From contig QPGO01000035.1 of the NCBI GenBank assembly GCA_008632985.1, positions 483,899-547,898 of the forward strand: DNA of 64,000 bases, in the 5' to 3' direction. Below are positions 34,042 through 44,893 of this stretch, one piece after another (the stretch's first letter is position 1; each line of letters starts with the position of its first letter). The notes beneath the pieces were generated by a model that was given only the letters and a program-made list of their open reading frames with translations, ran no database searches and was not told the DNA's origin. The position numbers and the translations under genes were made by a program. The stretch is from Psammoneis japonica. Taxonomy: Eukaryota.

Positions 34042-34557
34042 TCAAATGCAACCGCAGAGCATGCCAGTGCTGGTTGGCTCATCTGGAGCTCCGTACAATT
34101 TTTCTTTCATTTCATCGATTTCGCGCTCCATTTTATCATCGTCAGTGTGCTCCTTGTCCTTTGATTCCTCCGAGTCTTCTACCTTTGGCTCTTCTTCCGT
34201 AGCCTCGTCAGCCTTGAGCTCGTCCTCCTCCTTTTGCTCCTCTTTTGGCGCATCCTCAGCGTCAGATTCTTCTTTTTCGTCCTCTGGTACATCAGGTTTC
34301 TCTTCCTCCTTCGCCTTCTCTTCCGTCACACGACTTTCTTCCGTCTCTGTCTCTTCTGGCTTCTGACCTTCGGGGGCTTCGCGGGTTTCTGTGTGCTCAG
34401 CTGGAACTACTTTTTCTTCGGTGTCGTTCTTAGCCTCAGGTTTTGGGGCTTCCTCGACGATTTGCTCTTTCTTCTTTTGCACAGGCTTGGAAGCGCCCTT
34501 CGACGTCTTGTTGCTACCGCGAAAGCTCTTTTTCACTTTCTTGAGGAGCCTTTTCAT
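34042..34557 (-). CDS. Small Glu/Lys-rich disordered protein with a C-terminal Cys motif (CGCI, CaaX-like)
   Basis: ATG 34557 MKRLLKKVKKSFRG..., E/K-rich body, ends GMLCGCI*. Confidence 0.75.
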   Translation of the reverse strand: MKRLLKKVKKSFRGSNKTSKGASKPVQKKKEQIVEEAPKPEAKNDTEEKVVPAEHTETREAPEGQKPEETETEESRVTEEKAKEEEKPDVPEDEKEESDAEDAPKEEQKEEDELKADEATEEEPKVEDSEESKDKEHTDDDKMEREIDEMKEKLYGAPDEPTSTGMLCGCI

Positions 34558-35437
34558 AGGGAAAAAACACCAAGGAAAGGCAAGCAGGAAGTTAGAAACA
34601 ACCAACGACAAAACAGGTCATGTCGCATCATTTTCAACAATATATCATCTGACAAACTCACTTCATCGTGTTCTTCTGTTTGAGGAAATTGGCAAAGCCG
34701 AATTTTATGACAACCACAGACAACCACGGAAAAAGTGTGGAGGGAGTTGCATCGAAAAAGCGTGACAGTTCCAGCGACGTAGGAATCGTTTCGGCGAAGG
34801 TTTCTCTAACGATGTATTCATTTTATTAGTAGCCATAATAATTACAAGAGCGCTCTCTCGGTGATACTAAGAGGACATCTACGTGATAATATGGAATTTT
34901 CAGAGATTTCCTACTTATCACGTATGAAAAACCATACTTAGCGTAAAGAGTAAGCCCGCGTCACTTTCAGCGAAAACAAGGACAAAAAAACCGCTTGCGA
35001 GGAAAAACATAAGGCCAACGGCCGAGCGGGGGTCGCGCGCGCGCAACGATCTTCTATTCGATGGAGAGGTCTTCGAGTTCTTCATTTCGGAGTGCGAGGA
35101 GCAAGTCCGAGCCGTTTTGAGATTGCCATGTCCTTCTCTACAGACAAACTTACCGGTACTCTACTAGAGTAGAGGGCCCTCTACTCTAGCTAGCTCTAAT
35201 AGGGCCCTGGGCCCTACTAGCTAGTACCGGTAGAGGGCGTACGACGTAGAGGTAGCCCTATTCCTCCCAAAGTGTCGTTCCAGGTACATGAACAGTAGCT
35301 TAGAACCTTTCACCATTATCTACAGCAGAGAATCACTTGCTCAATGAATGTAGCTAGCTAGGGGCGGGCTAGGAGTACGTACCCGTAGAGGGCTATTGTA
35401 CGGAGTTTCTTTGTCACTACACACTGCTCCTACCGTA

Positions 35438-37430
35438 CTACCACGCATCGAAATCCTTGAACTCGGTTCCAGAATCTGAAAGCATGCCATCATGGGAAAT
35501 CATCTCCAAGGTTGTTCTGAATGCCCGTGCCGATGACAAGAGACCCAAATTTGTAGCCTTGCTTGTGTACAGACATGCGTAGTTTGACACATAAAAAGCA
35601 AAACGGGAGTCTTGGTAGCCGGCATTGAACATTGCTCCCCAAACTGGATGGAAAGCGGCGTGCCATCTCTCAGCCATGGTGGCCAGCTGCTCCTTTATTA
35701 CTAAGTCATCTTGCTCAATCTGTTCAAGGATGCTCGGGAGATCTTCACTAGTCACGTCCTTGTTGCGTCTGCATGTTTCGGCGTATAAACTGAGCTCGTC
35801 CCTAAGCTTTCTTAGCTCCGTGATTTGACTAGCCAAGTGTTCATTGTCGCTAAACACTTTCATCTCCTCTGCCAGTTCAGGAACGATAAAGGCGGATCGC
35901 CAGCCCAACGTGCGCTTGGATCGCAGCACATCGGCGTACAAGTGATCTCCCACATACAAGATTTCTTCGCCAGCCCTGGTTTCTAGCATTGCCTGGAGGT
36001 GCTTCCAGTTTCCACCCTGAAAGACCTTTCCCATTGAAGAAACTTTGATGCGCCGTCCTTCCCAAGTGCTTCAATCTCAAAGAGACCATCCGTATTAAGA
36101 AGCGATCCATCCTCTGGTCTCACTCGGAACAAGTTCAAGTATGGATCAACCATGTAGGCAGGCTTACAGGAGCCAACCACTACCAAATCAAACAGATCCA
36201 GCCATTCGTTCTTCTTTTGCAAGTCATCGTCCACTTTCGTTCCGTGGTAGAGATAATTCATGGCGACAGAAGTGTATTCCCAGTACGAGTTTGTCAATAG
36301 AAAAACCTTTTTGCCGTCTTTTTTGAGATTGTTCAACATGGGGACGAGTCCCTTGTCTAGAACAATGTACTTTTCCGGATTGCGTGCCACCTCGTCTTTG
36401 ATGACTCCATCGCGGTGACAAAGATCGACACATTCACGAACTTGCCGATACATTTCTTCATACGTTTTCATATCAAGAAATTCATACTCACCCTTGTCTT
36501 TCAATTCAATGAGTGACGCAAACAAATGGGCGTCCACCACTGGAATAGGGTATCCAGGTTGATAAAGGACTTTTCGGAAAAGGAAGGAACCACGTTGAAG
36601 GTGCGCGAGTAGAGAGCCTTTCGCGTGGTGGAGGAAATGGGATCAAACCCGTGATATGCCACGCGAACGTACTTGTGGCGATCAATCTTTAAAAAGTTGC
36701 CTCGCTGAGTATCAATAATGAGACCACGTGCCCAACGCTATATTGAGTGATTTTGTTCCGACATGATCAAGAAGAAAAAGTCGTGGTGAGAAAATGGAAA
36801 ATCAGAGAACAAAAAAGCATACTGAATGAATCACACAATTGGTAGATTGCATACCTCATGATCATATTCAAAATTCAACACCTCTTCTGGATAACCCAAC
36901 GCTGAGACAAGTTTCTCCTTGGCACCATCAAACGCTAGCTTATCAAACGCTGGTTGCTGATACTGTGCAAGCGTATAGTCCATGTCGAAACCGACCGCTT
37001 GAATAGCATCAAAGTTGAGCTCACGGTTGCAAAACACATCATTGGGACTAATGGTTCGTTTTTCTGGAAGATTCTGTACCTGTTGGAGACGACCCGCCAA
37101 GCCCGTTTCGGCAAGGACAGTGTCGTAGCGACCGCCGCCAAAGCTGTTGTGCCCGTTGACTACGCCGTTTACCAAGGTTGGAGGAGTGTCTTTGACATTA
37201 TCGTCTTGTGGTTCCAGTGGATGATCTGCTAGTAACTGTTCCGAATCTTCGTCACTATCAACTTCATACGATGACATGGGTAGTTGCATGCTGGAGTAAC
37301 GTCTTTGAGAGAGGGTCGTGAGACGCGTAGTAGTTGTTCTCGATATTGCACCGGCATTGGTGGCAGAAATTGAACATTTTCGTTTGATTCGAAGAGCTGG
37401 ACTAAACGCGTGGTGGGGTGAAGCCACCAT
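35438..37430 (-). CDS. HAD-family 5'-nucleotidase (cN-II/NT5DC-like), probably plastid-targeted
   Basis: GFDMDYTL, LLTNS and YVGDHLYADV motifs; intron 36854-36738; apparent 1-nt frameshifts near 36540 and 36035; AFSP motif near the N-terminus; the true start may be ATG 37464. Confidence 0.88.
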
Positions 37431-37930
37431 TGTGGAAACAACAAGGGGTAACAGCTTTTTTCATTGAGATAGCAATACAGTGAAGTGCAGTTCTGTAGAA
37501 TGTCCCGCCGAACTAACAATAACACAGCAATTTGATTCACAGAACAGAATCGGTCGAGATTCGGTCGACAAAACAGAAAAAGTGACGTGTTGTGTGCGGA
37601 GTTTGGTTGCGCGCGATTTTGGCGCCAAACTTCAACAGCACTGTCGGTACAAAACTGCGTTGGCTTCTACGTGAGCGCCAACGATAGCTCCTGCGCGGGT
37701 AGAGCTCTGGAGTCTACCGGGACTCTAGCTAGAGCTAGCTACTCGAGGGCCCTCTCTACTAGAGTCATAGGCCTCTCGTATCGGTAGGGCCCTAGCTAGC
37801 TACTCTAGAGGGAGCTAGAGAAGCGATAAAGGCTTTAGAGTAGTCTTCTGAGACATAGGCCTCATCAACCAAACTTAGTCGGAAGAACTGTCTACACTCC
37901 TTTACTTTCATGGTACAATTACTCGAAAAG

Positions 37931-39267
37931 CTAGCTAGTCTTTCGAAACAAAGATAGGTAGCGTTTGCCCTTTTGGTATGCGACTTGCGCTTGTTTTTGT
38001 GACAGTTGCTTGTCGTAGATTGCCAACATGTGAATGCCACCGAGAAAAGGAGGCATGTATTTGCCATGCCTCTTTTTCAAATGTCGCGTATCATAGTCCG
38101 AGAACAACTGGAGCAACATGGTTGGATTCCAGTCGTCAAAGCCGCCAATCCCCTCATAGTTGAACGATTGCTTGTCCACATTCTTTCCATTCATGAAAAC
38201 CATAGTACCCATTGACCTGTTGTGCAGCAATGAACGAATATAATGGTTATGAATTTGGATTGGAAGACGAGCGAAATCCAAGATAACAGTAAAACTTACA
38301 TTGTATCATTCATTGCCACCACAACTTGAGTTAGCTGTTGATCTCGCGGCAACATCATTTTCAGCGGATTGTAGTTGAAGTTACAAGTCCACTTGTCAAG
38401 TCCCGAATGTGAAACTGCAAAGGATCGTCCTTTTTGAACGAGACAAAAGTCAAAGTTGTGGCCCGTACCCGGACAACCCTTGCTCGTATCGCGTATTGAT
38501 TGATCACCTTGGGCAATGGAAACAAGAGGTAGTTTTGGAGGAATGGAAAAGGACTGACGAGGACGACATTGATTGTTATCGTCATCCCAACGACAAGGCT
38601 GGGGAGCAAAAAAGTGTGACTTTTCGCATGCGTGTTTGGTTTGGCTTTGATTGTTGCAATGCCGAATGGGCGGCATCCAAGGATTGAGAATTCCGTCGTC
38701 TTGTTGGACTGCAAAGCGATTGCCCGGGAAACCACAGTACGATTCACCAGTCACCGAAGCATTGTGTTGATTCGCATCAAACCAGGTACAGGATATTGGG
38801 CCGTGCATGTATGTAGATTGGGCAAAGTATTCGCAAATGTCCTTATCTGCAATGTGGTGACACGTGGTTTCGTTTTCGGGCGTGGTATCTTCCCATTGGC
38901 TTTCGTTTAATGTAGATGGCGTAAACCATAGCTCAATCGAAAGTCCTGGTTGCTCCATTGCCATGACGTGCTCGAGAAGTGAAGAGACGGTATTCTCAGA
39001 CTCAATCAGCGGCACCATTGCACTTGCATCATTCAGATGGAAATGGATTGGCGATATTCCCTGACCCGATGAATGACATCCAAAGAGCTCGGGATTGGTA
39101 GTATGCAGAGGGCCAAGAAAGGACTCCTCGAGTTGCGGGAAAATTCGGTGGTCCTTGGTAAACTCCTCGCATGAGAACGTGTACAGTTCAACAGGATGCA
39201 ACCTGTCGATCAACTCGTTCAACGCGCCTGATGCCGGAATTGCAAGCTCCGAAGACATGGCAAACAT
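37931..39267 (-). CDS. Hypothetical protein with a LamG/concanavalin A-like domain
   Basis: GLSIELWFTP, TQVVVA...VFMNG, FLGGIHMLAIYDKQLSQKQ...Y. A GT-AG intron at 38299-38217 joins ORFs 38296..39267 and 37931..38281 in frame. Start uncertain. Confidence 0.65.
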
Positions 39268-39675
39268 GGGTCAAGCTTATGACGAGAACCCTCGTTTGTT
39301 AGGAGTGGTCTTGAGAATGCCATTGTTTCCAAAGCTGCCGAAGGTAGTTGACAAAGCTGTGCTACCGTAGTTATCGAATCGTTTCGCAAAAGTTGCAGCG
39401 ACGGGGAAAAAGATTCAAGGATTCTTTGTTGAGACTTTTTTTCAACGGCTGGGCAAAAAAACTTGCCGCCGACAATGAAATGTACGTCTGCATGAATGCA
39501 TATATTGAAAATTCCACGTGGTGCCAACGCCATGCGGCAACATCGACCATGCTTTGCTTGGTGGCTTGCTGTTGGCGTCCTCAACTGCAGACAAGACAGG
39601 GCCCTCCCTTAAACTCGCGAAGCTGGAGCCCCGAAGAATCTGAAGGTGAAGAAGCATACTGTAGTTTGAAAAGTC

Positions 39676-40415
39676 ATGGACATTGAAGCAGTGACTGAAG
39701 AATCGTTGCTGTTGGCAACCAATGTAGCGGGAGGGAACGCAACAAACATTGACATTGAAAATGAGAGTACGCTATCGCGAAGCACTAGCAATCCATGGGA
39801 AGACTACAATATGATTCTGGACAAGCACCCATTAATTGTAAAGTCCATTACTGCGTTTTTCATCATGGGATCTGCCGATTTTTGCGGACAAGGCATTGAG
39901 CACTTGAGAGGAACGGCGGCGGTTGCAGGAGTCGATTGGCTTCGAGCCGCCCGGTTCTCGGCGTTTGGGTTGTTTGGTGCATCGTGGGCCCACTACTATT
40001 TTCTCTATCTGGATCACTTCCTGCCCCCGACTCCAGAACCGTTCACCAAGACTACAATGCTCAAACTGCTGATTGATCAAGGAGTCCAGGCCCCTATCTT
40101 GCTTTTCCTCATGATTTTGGCGCTAGATCTAATGAAAGGAATTGGTTGGAAGGGAGCCATGGACGAATTGTCGAGAGTTTATCTTTCTACACTTATTGCG
40201 AACTGTAAGTTCTTTACTATAGTGTGCTTTTCGTTGTGGTTGATATCAACACGTTCTTACTCATGTTCTTTTGCTATCCAGGGAAACTTTGGATCCCCGC
40301 TTCACTCATCAATATGGCGTTTGTGAAACCATCGCTTCGTGTACTATATATCAATGTTGTCTTTTTCATCTGGACAATCATTCTGTCGATAATGTTGAAT
40401 AGCAGTCCTTCATAG
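39676..40415 (+). CDS. Mpv17/PMP22 family membrane protein
   Basis: LDKHPLIVKSIT, DWLRAARF, KLLIDQ, NWKLWIPA..INMAFV; intron 40205-40281. Confidence 0.9.
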
Positions 40416-40446
40416 CTGGTAAATTCTTTCGCTAGTATCTTCCAAG

Positions 40447-41499
40447 TCACGTTGCTGCTTCTCTTTCCACCGGACCGTTGGCGTCATACCAACCACCTGC
40501 TTTTGGAAGAAACACGGTTTCGCCCGAAGTAAACTTGACTCGTACCGTGGGTGCTGTCGGATCTTTTGTTCGGTACGCACAAAAGTGCAAGTGAGGTTCA
40601 GGACTAAAGCCAACGCTACCACTAAAGCACAACACTTGTCCCTTTTCCACAACATCACCCGGCTTGACAGTAGCGCTATTTTCCTGAATGTGCACATATT
40701 CCACAAACAACGAGCCACCACCACTTTCCTTTGATTCAGTATCGATTTCCACAAGTATACTGTTCCATTTGAATAAATTGCTAACGGCTATACCCGACAG
40801 CGTGTTGTTGTCTTGTACGTGCACCACGGTTCCCTTCTCCACCGCCAGCACGGGAGTGCCAATGTCACATCGAAAATCAATTGCGTGTAGATTGCCACTG
40901 AAAAAGTGTGTCAACTCTCCCGATTCGCCCTGCGTACAAAGAAAGGGCCCGCCGCCCTGCAGGGGAAACCCAAGACGCAGGGGATGCGAGTCGTTGGGTG
41001 ACGGGTGTTTGTTCCAATCTTGCACATCACTTTCAATCTGAATGTCCAAGAGTGATTTGTCTTGAGGAACACTTAAATAACACAAGTGCGCAAACGTATG
41101 GGGTGGACATAAAACGATAAAGGTGACACACTCTTGTTTGTTGCCATCATTATCCGTCGTTGTCGCTTGCTGTAACACATTCCCGTGTCGATCCTGCACC
41201 TTTGCTTCATAAACCGTAACATAACACACTCGAGTTGTTGCGTGAATGTTGCAGAGAGACAAACTATTGTCGTTGGGGTCTAATGCAATGTCGGGCACGT
41301 CTTGGCCTTGATAATCACGTGCATCCACATCTTCCCAACCAATCATCCAATCCGGTTGCTGCGCCATGTCTTTTCGAGCAATGTAACATCCAATACCCGC
41401 CTCTGCCACAAAATTACTTGGAGTGTGGCGGCACACATTGTTTTTTGGTTTTCGTCGTCGACTCCTCTTTTTGTTCTGATTATTGTTGTTGCGTCCCAT
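40447..41499 (-). CDS. Peptidase M23 family protein
   Basis: HAIDF (HxxxD), GTPVLAVEKGTV, EYVHI, VKPGDVVEKGQVL, SGSVGFSPEPHLHF (HxH); likely start ATG 41499. Confidence 0.85.
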   Translation of the reverse strand: MGRNNNNQNKKRSRRRKPKNNVCRHTPSNFVAEAGIGCYIARKDMAQQPDWMIGWEDVDARDYQGQDVPDIALDPNDNSLSLCNIHATTRVCYVTVYEAKVQDRHGNVLQQATTTDNDGNKQECVTFIVLCPPHTFAHLCYLSVPQDKSLLDIQIESDVQDWNKHPSPNDSHPLRLGFPLQGGGPFLCTQGESGELTHFFSGNLHAIDFRCDIGTPVLAVEKGTVVHVQDNNTLSGIAVSNLFKWNSILVEIDTESKESGGGSLFVEYVHIQENSATVKPGDVVEKGQVLCFSGSVGFSPEPHLHFCAYRTKDPTAPTVRVKFTSGETVFLPKAGGWYDANGPVEREAAT

Positions 41500-42303
41500 G
41501 GTGCGGGTCAGGGGTCGGGGATGGAATGGGGAGAAACGGCCGCACGCCGCACTCATACTGCAAGGACATGGCGGGGGCAATAATGCGGACAAAAAGGGCG
41601 TCCCCGCGCCGGTCAGAGCTCGGGTTGGAAATTTGTACGTAGAGTTTAAGATGAAATTAGTACGGCGCAGGAGCAAGGGTGAGGGTGGGTTTTTGGGCCA
41701 TTGGAGGGGTGTCTGCCAGGCGGGTACCGGTAGGTACAGTATGTAATGCAATCATCACCGCCTGTCCGCCGAGTGAATTTGTGAGGTGGTCAACCCCGGG
41801 GAATCGCGAAGAAAAGCACGAGCCACGCACGAGCCAATGGTAGTTAAATATATTTATTTGAATTTTTATACACTATATATCAATATGTTTATTAAAGACT
41901 TAATAATATTAAAGATAAAATATTATAGGAACGATGAAATATTAGTATTTTTATGTACCCATATTTGTATTGTTGAACTTCACCTGAACTTGTCGTATCT
42001 TTTCGACCGTTGAAACGCATGTGCGAGGGTCATCGTGTGCTTTCCACTTTCCGCCCGCGTCATTTTGCATCGCTCGACGCTCGATCGCCAAGCGATCTTG
42101 TTGTTTATACGGTGTTGGTATCTCTACTGTCGTCGTTGTAGTAACTGGCAAAGCACTCTCCGTATTGACGAAGCGTCTCTGTTGTGTTCAAAAAGTGCTT
42201 ATTGAGATCACTAGGAAACAACAGAGAGTGTTGATTGAGCGACAACATACGCAAGGTTACTTGAGTTCAGTACGGGCAGTACGAGAAACTTCCAACAAAC
42301 ACC

Positions 42304-44471
42304 ATGTCGAACCCGTTTGATGCCATTGGAGAAGAGATGCGGGCGACTCTTCCCGGTTCTGCCCCTCCTCCCGCTTCTGCAGCCGCCCCACCACCGTTTC
42401 AGCAGCCGCCTCCTGCCAATGAGCCTCCAAAGCCCGTGATGAATTCTCCTCCGGCGATGCAAGGATATGGTGCTCCTCAGCCCGGTTTTGGTGCTGCGCC
42501 GGCTGCCTACGGAGCTCCTCCGCCAGCACAACAACCGCCTGCCTATGGTGCTCCTCCTCCTCCTCAAGCCGGATTTGGAGCTCCTCCGGCACAGCCTACG
42601 ACGAATGCAATGGTGCCCTCGGCCAACGGTGGTGGTGGATATGGAAACTATGGTGTTCAGGCTCCCGCAGCACCGGCGGCTGATCCGAATGCCAATCCCT
42701 TTGGTGCACCTCCAGCTGTAGCTCCTCCCGCTGCTGCTGCTGCTGATCCATGGGGTGCGGCTCCTACAGCGGCTGCTCCCGCTCCACCAGCGGCCGCTGA
42801 TCCTTGGGGTGCACCACAGCCTCCTGCCGGTGGAGCTCCTCCTCCCCCGCCGCCGCCTCCTGGTCAACCGGCACCACCTCCCGCTGCTGATGCTTGGGGT
42901 GTTCCGGTTCCTCCGTCTCCAGGTCCACCTCGTTCGGTTCCGCCATCCCCGGGTCCACCTCAGCCTGCTGCTTATGGAGCTGCTCCACAGCCTCCTGCCG
43001 GTGCTGCTGATCCATGGGGTGCTCCACAGCCTCCTGCCGCTGCTGCGCCTCCTCCTCCTGGTGCTGGCGATCCCTATGGTGCTCCTGCTCCGCCCGCAGC
43101 TGGAGGGGCTGATCCGTTTGGTGCTCCTGCTCCGCCCGCTGCTGGAGGGGCTGATCCGTTTGGTGCCCCTGCTCCACCGCCCCAGCCGCCGATCCATATG
43201 GTGGTGCTCTGACTCAACCGGCTGGATCGGTCGATCAGTTTTCGCAATTCTCGCAACCACCGGCTGCTCCCGCACCTCCACCGGCCGATCCGTTTGCCGT
43301 CTTTGCCGGAGCCCCGGCTCCTGCAGCGGATGCCATGGTTCCGTACGATGTTGGTGCAGCAGCAGCAGCACCCGCCCCACCTCCGGTGGATGACAATCCC
43401 TTGGGAGACTTTCTCGGTGCCCCGACTCCTGGTGCTGTAGTTGCTACTGCAGATGCAACGACCAATGGAGGTGCCCTTGTCGAGGCTCCCCCTGCTGCTG
43501 CTGCTATCGAGCCGCACAAGACGGGAGAGTTGCCACCCGGTGGAGAGTGGTATGATGCTCGCATCTTTACACCAACGCTCGGAGTCATGTTTTTCAAACC
43601 ACAAGAGCTTACGGATTCGTTGTTTCTACAAACGGACAAGAGTATTGTAGACGCGCTCGATGAACGGCCCGTGGTTGCATTTATTGTGGAAGGATCGTCC
43701 GCACGCTCTGCCGGTGTCGAACTCGGTCACGTTCTTCTCAAGGTAAATGGTGTTGACGTGAAAACGCCCAAGGATGCGTCCCGACTCATTAAGGAGGGGC
43801 CGAGGCCGCTCCCGCTCTTGTTTTATGTCCCCGACACGACCGCGGTGGTTGCGGAAGGTGAGCACATGGTCAAGTACGACTCGCGAGAAACGACGGCACC
43901 CAACAGTGCCAAGGACTGGAAACCAAAGTATGTGGTGATTGGTGGAATCATTGCTCAGCCGTGGATGATGAACATGTACCGCTCCAAGTCCGAGTATGAT
44001 ATTGCCGTGATTGAAACACAGGCTCGTCGTCCCGTTTCCGTCAAGGTGAAGCAATTCTCCTTGCAGGGTGCTCGGATCCAGAACGACTGGCAGGGACCAC
44101 AAATGGTCAAGTACAAGAACAAACTCCACCCGTGGAAGTATATTGTCGTTTTGCCCGTGGCACGAAATCCCATCAAGATTTCATCTCCCAATCTCAGTCA
44201 GCTTAAACCCGTTCACGAGGGTATTCGTCGTGTCTTGACGGCTCAAAAACGGGACCGCGGTGGATACAGCCATAGTGCGGCTCCCGTCCGCCAGGGAGGT
44301 GACCCCTATGCTGGCGGCGGCGGTGGCGGAGATCCCTATGGTGGTGGCGCCAGTGGACGGTATGGTCATGGACACTCCAATGGTGGTGGTGATCCCTATG
44401 CTCGTGGTCCTCCGCCTCCTCCCCATCATGATCCCTATGGACGGCAACAAAACTCACACGCGGCCTTTTGA
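42304..44471 (+). CDS. Pro/Ala-rich DPW/DPF/NPF-motif protein with a PDZ domain and a PH-like region; one apparent frameshift near 43180
   Basis: ORFs 42304..43212 and 43335..44471 are joined by the frame PAADPYGGALTQ; PDZ VVAFIVEGSSARSAGVELGHVLLKVNGVDV. Confidence 0.8.
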
Positions 44472-44893
44472 GTTGGCTCTAATTTGGGAAACCGCGTGGG
44501 TGCATGTTTTGTTGCGACTTTCTTTGTGTCTTGGAGCTTTTTTTCTGCTTTTGTATAATAACTATTTAGTGCACTGACATGCTCAAAAGTTATTTGATAT
44601 TTCTGTGGATTGTTTGTTAATACTTGTGACTCCATTCATACATAGGAGTGCGGGACTCCTCCCTAAAGTACCGAAGAAATAACCAGCTCCTTCTTGGCGG
44701 CATTTTCTGCCTACGTGTGCAGCATTCATGTTGGTCTTGCAATGCCAGGCGTCGAGGTCTGTGAAAGAAGCAGCAAGCACATCGTACGGTAGTTTGTTAT
44801 CGGCAAAATGACAGATACTTCAATCACTGTGAAATAATGACGCTTTCTATAATTATGGTCGCAAACGTAGCAACTAATATAGCGGTGGTAGTC

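Noticed and set aside
36030..36545. Programmed frameshifting in the 5'-nucleotidase
   Set aside because: No slippery heptamer seen, and similar indels occur in unrelated genes; assembly error is more parsimonious.
42211..43380. Long antisense Arg-rich ORF (389 aa)
   Set aside because: Antisense shadow of the GC-rich Pro/Ala coding region.
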